NCBI RefSeq assembly: GCF_023055435.1
Contig: NW_025964223.1
Coordinates: 12,834,001-12,898,000, forward strand
Length of the DNA stretch: 64,000 nucleotides
Reading direction: 5' to 3'
Source: Haliotis rufescens
Lineage: Eukaryota
Below, in pieces: positions 12,238-22,800 of this stretch. Positions within the stretch are counted from its first letter, which is position 1; each line of letters opens with the position of its first letter. The notes beneath the pieces are model-generated. The model did no database searches. It was not told where the DNA came from and was given only the letters and a program-made list of their open reading frames with translations. Both the position numbers and the translations under genes were made by a program.

Positions 12238-13458
12238 ATGATCGTCATGGCTACTCGCCGTTTGAAGAGACATCGAGGTAGAACTAGTTCATCGTTGCAC
12301 GCGACGGATGACATAGAGATCCAACATGGCGGCCCTGCTTCTTCTGACCACGAGAATCAAGCATCAATCAACAACGCGCAATCTTTGGACGCAGAGACTT
12401 TCCGTGCGAGGTATCGCCCCGAAAATACGGGGATTTACGACGAAGATCCCAAGAACTGGTATGTGTCCCAGCTGAGAGCACGAATTGCCAGGGACATCGG
12501 TATACAACATCTTTCCCCGAGTCTCACCAAAGCACAACTTCTGGCGATCTATTTACGCAACCGCCCATCAGAGTCGTCACGTGGACAGTCAGGAGAGCCT
12601 GAATCATCGGATGCCACCGAGGTTCACAGGACACTTGCCCAGTAGGACTGCCTCCTCCAGTGCCACCATTACCTCAGCTGACCATAACGTGCCCAACTCG
12701 TGTGTGTCTGACCTTCAAGGTTTAACCATGACAGTTAATCAACTGGTTGCATCAGTAGCTGCACTAGCAGAGAAGGTTAATTCAACAGCTAGGACAGGTA
12801 AATATGTCAATCTGGCATTATTGTTGACTACTATTCACGACTTTGGGGATGGTAAAGGAGAAACAGTTAATGCGGCATCTAAACTGACTAGAACCCTATC
12901 TCCTCAGGAATTCTCCAAAGCCTTCTGAACCTATCGCAACAATTACTGCGGCCAAGACACCAAGAAGAAAGCTCAAATGGAAGCTCATGAAGAGTACGTC
13001 TTAGACCTCGCGGCCCAATATGAATCGGATGGGTACTATGAGTATCATAAACAATTCGCCATGAGAGTCGCAGCATACGCAGCTATCGGCAAACTAATAG
13101 ATTGGTCCAAACCCGACACTAACATTTTCAATGTGTGTTGTGCTCATCTCAAGAGGAAGGTGTGTATTTCTTGTGACAGTATAGATCACGTTAAAGCAGA
13201 GTGACTAACGCTAACTTTTCATTCAAATCTGTTAGGTTCCCTGGCGATCGCTTCCACAACCAGTCCCGGACCAGCAGGGAGCAAGATCCCAAGGGCCGCA
13301 CTAGTGTGTTCCTCGCTAACCAGGAAGTGTGTAATAACTTCAATGAAAATGGGTGCTCCCTAGAGAGATGTAATTTTTCCCATATCTGTTTGACCTGCTA
13401 AGCTACCTCTCATGGTAAATCTTCATGTCGGCAGAATAAGCGCAAATCGGACAAATGA
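12238..13458 (+). mobile_element. Truncated Ngaro copy 3 (gag only, degenerate)
   Basis: ORF pieces with GKYVNLALLL, LSPQEFSKAF, YYEYHKQFAMRVAAY and EVCNNFNENGC...CNFSHICLTC are colinear with gag 3112..4520. Confidence 0.85.
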
Positions 13459-13889
13459 CCAGATCTAGTAGTTGGGTGGGAGAATAACTTCCAGTTGATT
13501 GCTTGGACTGGTTACATCAAGAAATGACAAAGATACAAAAGTGAATTCATTCATCCACCAAGGGCACCATTGGACTTGGCAGTGAGACATCTAGAGTTGA
13601 GACACTTGTCCAGACAGAGGACAGCAACAGGCATTTGGGACTAATTCTCCTCACCACTGCAGGGCATGGTGCATTCTGACAAATAATCCACATTTCACAG
13701 TCAGTAGACTAGTAACTGATCCAAACATGATATTGACAGATGACCATGTACAACGCTGAGAACAAACTGGGACAGACATAACACATGTGATAAATTCAGT
13801 AGTACCATATTTCTGAACATCCCATCAAGACAGCAAATTTAAATGATTAAGAATACCCAAGCCCTCCTCCACGTGAGCTCCAGTGAACT

Positions 13890-14150
13890 ACAACAGTTTG
13901 AAGAACGCATGGATGATGGCCTACATTATTAAAGACTGTTTTTTAAGAACTTCATCCCTGCCGTGAGAGACAACCTCCGACAACAGAAGCTGGAAGAAAA
14001 GGCAATCCTGCCTTTATACAACTGCCCGGCCCATCCCCCTCCTCAACGTTGACATCACACAACAGCAAGATCAAGGCCATTCTCCTGCTGAAGACTACCA
14101 CCTGAATTATATAGCCAGCCCATGGAGCAAGGAATCATGAAAATCAAAGT
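13890..14150 (+). pseudogene. pogo/Tigger DDE_1 transposase fragment
   Basis: Manual translation gives KNAWM, FIPAVRDNLRQQKLEEKAILPLYNCPAHPP and QPMEQGI, matching the AWM / LLLDNCPAHP / QPMDQGII motifs of pogo-family transposases. Confidence 0.7.
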
Positions 14151-14571
14151 TTCATCAACATCGCCACGTTTTGAGTACGACTACAGTCAGCTGTGCCATC
14201 AGAATCAACCTTGCATTGTTCAGTGACAGGGCTCGGTATCCACCAGATCACAATGGCAGACTACTGGTGCCGATCCAAACTGTTAAGAATTATAATGAAA
14301 GAGTTATGACAAAATCAATTACAGATTATTTCTGACAGACATAATTACATAAAATAAGCTTGAAAATTTCAAAAATGGTCGCACTAAAGATGTCAGAAGC
14401 TTTCCCCACTAAACTTTTGTGTAGCTATTTTGAGTAATTAATTAATAGATATTTTTGGTGTTGGACCAAACCTAGGAATTATGATAACTTATAGTTTTTG
14501 AAATGTTTTTATTGATGTTGGATTGTGTCAATATGATACAATAGATTTATCCCTATTATTCTAACAGGTAT

Positions 14572-15345
14572 ATGGAAGACCTTGAAGTCAAGGTAGACGA
14601 CAGGGAGTTGGGGGAGTTAGATGGAGACATTGAGGGGGCGCCATGGACAAATTTCATTAAATTTCGTCCAAGCATGACCTGTCCTGTGTGCAGGGAGGGA
14701 AACTACAAGGAGAAAAACCACCTCGATTCTCACTGGGCGCAGGTGCATCTGAGATTTCAGAAGCACTTTGCCTGCCCACAGAGTGGTTGCCGAACAATTA
14801 AATCAACAAAAAGGGCCCTAAAATTCCATGCCGCAAATGTGCATATGAAGACAAGAATAATAAATGCCGAAGTTGAAAAGTTTTGTTCGGGGGCCGAGAT
14901 AACAATGGAGACAAATGAGAACTTTATTGACCCTGGGACCTTTGCCCTGTCCTGGCAAAAGTGGAGGCCACGAGGAGGTAGAGGTGGGACCAAGCAAGTG
15001 GCCAAACCGGAACAGAAAACCAACAGACCTATCAGCACTGTCACCAAAGCGCCTGTTCCAGGGACTCCAAGTTCAGCATCTCTGGAAGCGAGCCTCCGAG
15101 GTCGCACTGCTGCTCTTGAAGAGCGCAATGTGGCCCTGGAGAGTGCTCTAGCAGAGGCAAGGGCGGCTACTATGGAAGTCAGCATTAGATGGCCCACGTT
15201 CGAGGACATACCAGACAGGAAGATAGACGAGTTTGTGAGAGACGGTTGGGAGAGTATGAGGGTGTTGCAGGCGGCAGAGGCGAAGAGATTGAGAGGAGAG
15301 AGAGAGAGCAGAGGCGGGCAGCAGACAATGAAATCAGGAAATTGA
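14572..15345 (+). CDS. 257-aa protein with two C2H2-type zinc fingers and a C-terminal coiled coil, probably an LTR-retroelement accessory ORF
   Basis: Intact ORF with CPVC-x12-HWAQVH and CPQSGC-x12-HAANVH; heptad-like LEASLRGRTAALEERNVALESALAEARAA; preceded by acceptor-like ctaacag at 14561-14567. Confidence 0.7.
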   Translation: MEDLEVKVDDRELGELDGDIEGAPWTNFIKFRPSMTCPVCREGNYKEKNHLDSHWAQVHLRFQKHFACPQSGCRTIKSTKRALKFHAANVHMKTRIINAEVEKFCSGAEITMETNENFIDPGTFALSWQKWRPRGGRGGTKQVAKPEQKTNRPISTVTKAPVPGTPSSASLEASLRGRTAALEERNVALESALAEARAATMEVSIRWPTFEDIPDRKIDEFVRDGWESMRVLQAAEAKRLRGERESRGGQQTMKSGN

Positions 15346-15684
15346 AATGTTCTAAGTGGTGATTGTAAAATTGATTGCATGTGATATTGTGATTTATGTG
15401 ATTCTTTAGTATTCATTGTATAATAAGTGTAAGTAAAAAATCAACTGTTTTCTTATATGTGTCTCATTATCGCCATTACAATATATCTTATTCTGATAAC
15501 ATCAGATTATTCATGTGTGCTAGAGTCATCATCGGGGGTAACTGATAATTTCAATCTCCAGCATGTTCAGTGTTTATGACAGATATTTTGTACTTGTTTC
15601 AGATAATTCTCCTTAAATGATATGTCCTGATAGTATATTAGTATAAACTCGCGGACGAGTTAAGATTTAAAAAAGAAGGGATAT

Positions 15685-16453
15685 TGTTATGTGCAAGAGT
15701 TCTCATATATCGCGCATAACATTGTCCTGTTTTCGTTCATTGTTTATCTTCAGTTATAGGCACTATTCCAAGTTAATTTGTGTATAACATTTGTGTTTAC
15801 GTGAGTAACAATTTAATTGACGTAGGGATTATGTTTATTTGCCGTAAATTACCTTAAGTTTGTATTTCGATGACGGACTGCACAGAGCGACATGCCAGGT
15901 TACAGGGCCACGCCATTTTGGGATCATGACGTCATCGATATTTGTGTTCCCTCGGTTACATTACAATTATTGCATAAAGTGCCGTATTTTAATTTCCTTT
16001 ACTTCAGTCAGTTTCTTAATTTATTATATTAGTCGTATGCTTTGTGTTATAAAATAATATCTAAGTTAATATTCGTTCAGTGACCAGCTGTGACGTCACG
16101 TTTTGTTTACCGTTAGAGCCGATCAGCTGGTTGTGACGTCATTTGCTGTTTTTTTACGGTTAGATGAGTGAGATTGAGAGGAGGACTGAACGGAGTCGAT
16201 CGCATGAGATTGTAAGTATGTATTAACGCGCTGCCACCAATTCATATTTGGCGCTGTTTGAGATAATACATTGTGTATGTATTAAGTAGAATAGTATATA
16301 TATATAAATCTTTATTAATATAGTTTGAGTGGTTAATTCATGTAAATAAATTACAGCTGTATTGTTGAACAAAGATATCTTGTTCTGTGGTTATTTGGAA
16401 AAGGCTTACTGTGACATCATGTATAAATAAGCGAACCACCCAGATCCGTCACA
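15685..16453 (+). mobile_element. Putative 3' LTR of an LTR retrotransposon, preceded by a polypurine tract
   Basis: ctcgcggacgag...aaaaaagaaggga (PPT 15669-15681), then TGT at 15685. Ends in ACA at 16453, exactly where Ngaro gag sequence (QIIEGKDVKLACLL) begins. The second LTR is not in the window. Confidence 0.65.
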
Positions 16454-17377
16454 CAAATAATTGAAGGGAAAGACGTAAAGCTGGCATGTCTATTGATGCC
16501 AGACGACATTTTTTCACATTCGAGAGTGATCGAGATGGGCAACCATGAACTCCACCTCAGATGCCCTAATGATCACCGACTACAAAACATCTTGACCATT
16601 CAAGAGTTTATTGTGGCATTTACCTGGTACCGGAACATCATGATACAGGCCGTAAAGACGCATTGGACCGTTATCAACGATTGATCGTGGAGATGCATGC
16701 CAGGTTTGGAGGTACGCTCTTCTACCAATACCATAAGACGTTCTCGTCCAAAGCAGCAGCGGCCCTGGCACTCACCAATCAACTACCACCGTGGGATCAA
16801 CATGACGAACACCTGTACTTTACAGTTGTAACTGGTCACCGTGTCAATACCTGCGAACTATGTTTCCTGTCCGACCACAGCACAGACTTTTGTCCACTGG
16901 TCAGCAGCCGCAGACTGTCATAGTCACAGAAGGTTCCTAATCAATCAATCACGCACCAGTCGGCAAGCAACAGCAGCAAGGACAAGCCCCCAGGTTCACT
17001 AGTAGAACCATCCGATTCCACAATGGACGCGCACTGTGCAACAACTTTAATGAGGGCAAGTGCATATATCCTCGTGCAGGTATCTGCATGTATGCACCCA
17101 CTGCAGGCAGCCACACCCAGATAACAAGTGCGAGGAGGTTTCGGACAAGCCGTCCCAGTCCTCGGCCAGGAAAAACAAGAAACAGAGACTAAATCTGACT
17201 GCTTCACCGATAAACGTGTCCACCTTACAACGACTGCTCAGACGACATCAACTATATCTGACTGCTTCACCGATAAACGTGTCTACCTTACAATGACTGC
17301 TCAGATGACATCCAGATCAACAGTTCATAAACCAACTGATATCAGGCCTTGAATCGGGTTTCCACACGGGTATTCAG
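16454..17377 (+). mobile_element. Truncated Ngaro copy 4 (gag C-terminal half plus first codons of pol)
   Basis: QIIEGKDVKLACLL, LTIQEFIVAF, DRYQRLIVEMHARFGGTLFYQYHK, CRYLHVCTHCRQPH, then SPINVSTL...HPDQQFINQLISGLESGFHTG. Confidence 0.85.
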
Positions 17378-17993
17378 TTTTGGGAATTCTCAATTTTTTC
17401 ATAACTTCGTTTTGGGCATGTATTACCCTAAAATAATCTGTCTATAATTCACAGTTGCTTTGGTCAGGTGTACACCTTCAGTCGGCTATACCCGTCAGGG
17501 TATTGTTTATCAGCTACACTGTTATCTGTAGCTAGTTTATAGACTTATAATAAACTTGACATAACACCAAACACATTTCTAGAATGGAGGACCAGTTTCT
17601 TCACAAATCTGTTTATATCATTTTGTTCTATCAGGTTTCATGGTAAACACAAAGAGGGAATACAAAGCATATTAAATGTTTCAGATAGTTTTGTTTCTTA
17701 GAAAAACATCCTTTTACATCTTTTCCATACTGACCAGAATCGAGGAAGTTATAATGTTTTGTAATTATACCATGCCAGTAAAGAGAGAACCTTCATTGTC
17801 TCATCTCTGGCAAAGTCACCATTTGAGGGAGAAAAGAGGGAGAGAACCATTATAGAGGAGGAGGAAGAAGACATCCACCGATGTCCAATGAAAAACTAAC
17901 AATACCATGAACTGTCAGTATGTCGGGTATGTAAGTCACAAATATGGTTCAAAGGGGGGAATAATGTTAAACTAAGTTAGTTTGTAAATATGT

Positions 17994-18364
17994 GGTGAGG
18001 TGAGGTGAAATGGGGTTTAACGTCGCGTCCGTGATTATTGCACTTGCATGCACGTGTATGTAGCGACGTGCATGCACGTGTATGTGTATGTGTGTTGCTG
18101 CTTGTACTAGTCCGGACTGATGCCGATTTATAGTGCTAGCACACTGAGATACCATGCTGCAGTTTAACATGAATACCCCACTCAGAGTCAGTATACTGAC
18201 TCGGAGCCGACCAGTCCTTGTTTTAGCCCCTTAATGCCGAGCGCCAGACAGGGTAACAACAAGTACCATTTTTTAACGTCTTTTGTTATGACGCGACTGG
18301 GGATGGAACCCCGGACCTTCCGCTCTCTGGGTGGACGCTCTACCACTAGACCACAGAGGCGGTC
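17994..18364 (-). mobile_element. tRNA-derived SINE (resembles Meta-domain SINEs); second copy at 47623..47952 (+), spanning the N gap
   Basis: Minus strand starts with tRNA-like A box (tggtctagtgg) and B-box-like ggttccatccc; TSD ttgtaaatatgt at 17982-17993 and 18365-18376. Confidence 0.8.
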
Positions 18365-19477
18365 TTGTAAATATGTAACGGGATCTTACGAGAGACAAAC
18401 TTCATTCAAGATGGTGGAACACAGCCAGTGATTGAGTTTGATGTTGCCAGCACAACTTGATCGGTCAGAAATTGTCTGTGATTGCGTAAGTAAAGGTAGG
18501 TTGCTGGAAAGGGACGTAAGTGTTATTTGTACGGGCAAGTGTGTAATTGAATGTGAATGACTAGAAGACATTGATGCAAGACATCGTCTAATCACTGCAA
18601 GATTCTGATCAAACACGTGCCAAGCTACCAGTTAATGAATACCCAAATAACACTGGGACAATGTCAGAGTAAGTGTTGCATAGGACATAAATACAATGAC
18701 ACCTTGACTGAAAATGGAACTAGACTGCAGAGCATAGTGCCCCTGAATGCCATAGGTTGCAGCAGGATCACGAGGGTGCATGGGTTTTATGCATCCCGAG
18801 GTTGGTTTTATACCACAAGCCGGAGGTGAATGACATAAAACATAAGGAGGGACGCATAAAACCCCATGTACCCTGTGTGATCCTGCTGCAACAAATTTAT
18901 CTTACTGACATGTTTTAATATGACATTGTAAAAGAATTCAAATTTGATAGAAAACAGCTGTGTGTTTAAGCTGAGATTAACTTGAGCTGTGTCACATGTC
19001 TTCTATGGACTCGGAAAAAGCATGTGATTTTTGCATCGAAGAGGGGTATAATTACTCCCCTCCAAGGCGGGATACATTGTATTTTATCAAGATCACGCGG
19101 ACCAATCAGATCTCTGACATGGAGGTATGATAACATTGTTTATACAATATAGAGCAAGTGACTTGGCCATGTTGGCTGTCCAATCAATGGAGCTCTTATT
19201 CCTTTTCTGAATCTAAAAGTAAAGCCAGACTTCATTCTAATTTGGTTTACAAAGTTTGATAGTGAAAAACTTGGTAGTCAAGTCAAAATAAAAAGGAAGA
19301 CAAAAATACATTGTACAGAGGTTTTTGATCATCCTAAGTATGATTTGGATGGGACGATGATAAAAAATATTGGAAACAATTCTGCCTTATTTGATTTTCA
19401 AGGTTGGCAAATCCGTAAACCAAACAAAAAGGAAGAATGGCCTAATAGGCAGCAGCACCATAGCAGTAGAAACGTAC

Positions 19478-19803
19478 TTGGGCTGGGACGATACACCAAC
19501 TGTGCGATCAGATACATATCACAATACCTTGCTCACGATCCAATACATATCACGATACTTGTATGTGCTCATATCTGTAGTGCATAACCAATATTTTTCA
19601 TAGACAGGATAGTCAAATACCTTGCACACTGATGGCGCAATGGACTTTTTCACTACTAATTAGTGTTTGGTGTAAAAAACATTAAAGTAAACATTTAAGG
19701 TATGAATCGATATTTTTACTTGTTGTGCAACTGTGATCGATACTTGTATCGTGAAGTAAAATATCGCGGTCCACCGACGCATCGGTGTATCGTCCCACCA
19801 CTA
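19478..19803. mobile_element. hAT-like MITE; related copy at 60840..61233, fragment near 30146
   Basis: TIRs (ta)gggctgggacgatacacc / ggtgtatcgtcccaccacta; imperfect 8-bp TSD aaacgtac/aaaagtac. Confidence 0.65.
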
Positions 19804-19893
19804 AAAAGTACATCATGTTTTCATGGACAAAGATAACGACACAGAGCTAACATGTCTACTTGGTGGTGGTGATGAAAATAGGTCCAGGCACTT

Positions 19894-22800
19894 TCAGCTG
19901 GTCTTCTTGGTGGCGATGGTGGCGATGATGGCAAAGCATCTCGGTGACACAACTGGATCAAATAGCTGTGTGAGGTACACATCTTGGATATTGTCCTGAA
20001 AAAGAAGTTGATTCTTTGTGACTGATAGTCAAGATCCTTGTCGAGGATAGCATGGAATCAATACATTAAAACATAGTGTTCCAAACTCCACTCAGTATAT
20101 TCAGGGTGAGAATGGATATTTTCCTTTGCAATGGAGCGTGATCCATAATTTGGGGGTGTTTATGGGGGAAGCCATCATAATTTAGCAAGTTTGTGGTCAC
20201 TATAATTTGAGGAAATTCGCCGATCTGCGGAAGATTTTCATAAGAGCTTGAGTGAGCGAGTTGGGTTTGACGCTGCTTTGAACAGTATTCCATATATATT
20301 GTGGTGTGTCAGCCTAATGTAGGAGGAAAGCCCAAAGTGATGCAGGTCTCAGATGTATACCACTTTGGGTAAACCACAAACACGTGTATGGTGGTGACAA
20401 ACCTAGAAACATAATCAGGGAGAACCGGGATTCGAGCCCAGGATCATAGGTTTCTGGCGTGCCCAAGGGACACAAATCTGCACATTGAATTGCGGTGCCT
20501 CAACTGGTCCACCCGTGCCCCTAATATAAAATTTGAAGAGAGATTAACACCATTAGTGCCCACATCAAAACCTAGAAACTGTATGCGGTGACACTGTCTA
20601 TGAAATAAAGTTAAATTACTTGCTAGATTAACATGATTAACATATAAGTGAAGTGACATATGAATGTCTTGATTCAAAGTTGCAGGACTGCAAACTGGGA
20701 AAAGGAGAGTCTAACCTCATTACCAAAAGCTAATCAAAAATACTTGGTTCTCAGACAATGACTTTGAAAATATAGCGCGGGCGGTGGTGTTTTTTCCTTT
20801 TTTGCATGTTCAAACTAGTATGTAACCGAACAAACAGTTGTGTACCATCAGCCTGGGAAAGGGCCTCCCTACATAAACATGCATACACACTCCCATTGCC
20901 GCCATTACCATAACATGCACAGTAAAGCAGTGCGCATGTAAAGGGAAGTAACTGCATGCTATATTGGATCATATTTTTGTTTTCAGTACCAGGATTTAAA
21001 ATATAAAAATTAAAATAAAAAAAACAACAAAACTTGCAGCTGACTTTATGATGATGCCGGCGGTGCCTGAGAATTAAGACTATTATTTTTTTTTAGCCTA
21101 ATGTGAAATGTGCCCAGCTCACCTGTTCCAGGAGATACAGATATCTGTCGAGGAGGATGAGGGACTCGATACACGGAGCTAGGACGGCGCGGAGCTGGAC
21201 AAAGGCTGCCAACTGGTGCCGAACGTGGCTGTACCTGCTGTCATAGCCTTCAACAAGTTCCGGGGTCACCTGACAAATAACATGACATATAGCTGTGGTC
21301 CATACAATCTATGGGGCGTATCTTGCACCAATCAAATTCAAGTGAAATGCGTCATTGGGCAATAGAGATTGTTGTTGGGTTATATCTTGTGATTGTCAGT
21401 GGCAGCAAATGACTGAGACTCTCGTGAAATATTGAGTCCTGTAGTGGTCAATCTGCACAAGACGTGTGATCTAGAGTTACCGCCCTTGGTTGTCATCAAA
21501 CAATAGTCATCATTGGAGAAGTTTCGTGATGCGACAGTTTCTAGAAGGCTGGCTGTATCTACATAAGAGCGACACAAGGCCTTTTTGTGACCCGCCTTGG
21601 GTCTTTCTGCTTGCCCAATGAGGATGTTAAGGAGGGCCCTGGGACTTTACAACACTGACCAGATATTTTTCCAGCTACATCTGCCAAACCAGATATTTTT
21701 TATTAAAACTATGAGCCAAAGTTAAAAAAATGTTAAACACAGACAATTTAGTTATTTTTGAACAGACTGAAGTATAATTAATTACTTCTTGCATTTTCTG
21801 GGACAATTCATTTTGTTCGATAAAATCCCAACTGAACCAAGAAATATTGATATCTGCATGATCAGAGATATGTATGTTCCTCCTAAAATGTACCTTGTCT
21901 GTAGGTAGCCCCAGTCTTGTGAATGCCTTCACCACATAGTCATACAGAGACTTGCTTCGCTTGTCTAGTTTCCGGAGTTTCCGACCTCCATGTCCCACGT
22001 CTCCGACCAAGTCATGGATGATCTTTTCTAACAGGGCCCTTGCATAGAAAGACTGGCCCTGAAGCTGGATACAAATGCTTTGTTACACAGTATTGATTAC
22101 TAGCATGATTAGACTCAATATCAATACTGATCAAAGTTGCTAACATCGTGGACAGAGCAGAAACAGCTAATCAGATCCAGATACTCATGATATAAATCAC
22201 TGGATCGTCTGGTCCAGACTCGATTATTTACAGACCGACATCATATAGCTGGAATATTGCAGAGTGCGACATTAAACAACAAACAAACAAACAAACAAGC
22301 ATAATCAACAGACACATTAACTGACACAAATGCAATTTTCTAAAGAGAGTCATTTGACAATATTACTGCTACACATGCTAAACCCATTAACCAGTTTGCA
22401 TATGGAATATTTCCTGTGCAGGTCAACTTGTGGTTGATAATATGAGCAACTGTCAATGCGTCAGGTCACAATGACACTGTAACCATGGTAACCAAATGCA
22501 ATAGCAGTCCACTCATATGCATTAGGTCCTGACAGTTCATTCTACAACATTTCAGCTATACGATGGCAGTCTGTAAACAGTTTAGTCTGCATCACACATG
22601 GAGAATCTCACCCGAGTGTCTTTCGATATCAAATAAATCAACATGAGTTGACAAAAGTGGAAAAATTCCAAGGCTTGTTGAGGAGTTTTTCTACTTTTGT
22701 CAACGAGTGTTGATATATTTTATATCAAAAGACACAAGGGTGAGATTTTATTTATCATCCAACATCTTTTTCAGTTTGTAGACAGTAACAAGCAGTGTAA

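Noticed and set aside
14757-15416. 219-aa minus-strand ORF
   Set aside because: Antisense shadow of the zinc-finger ORF, with no motifs.
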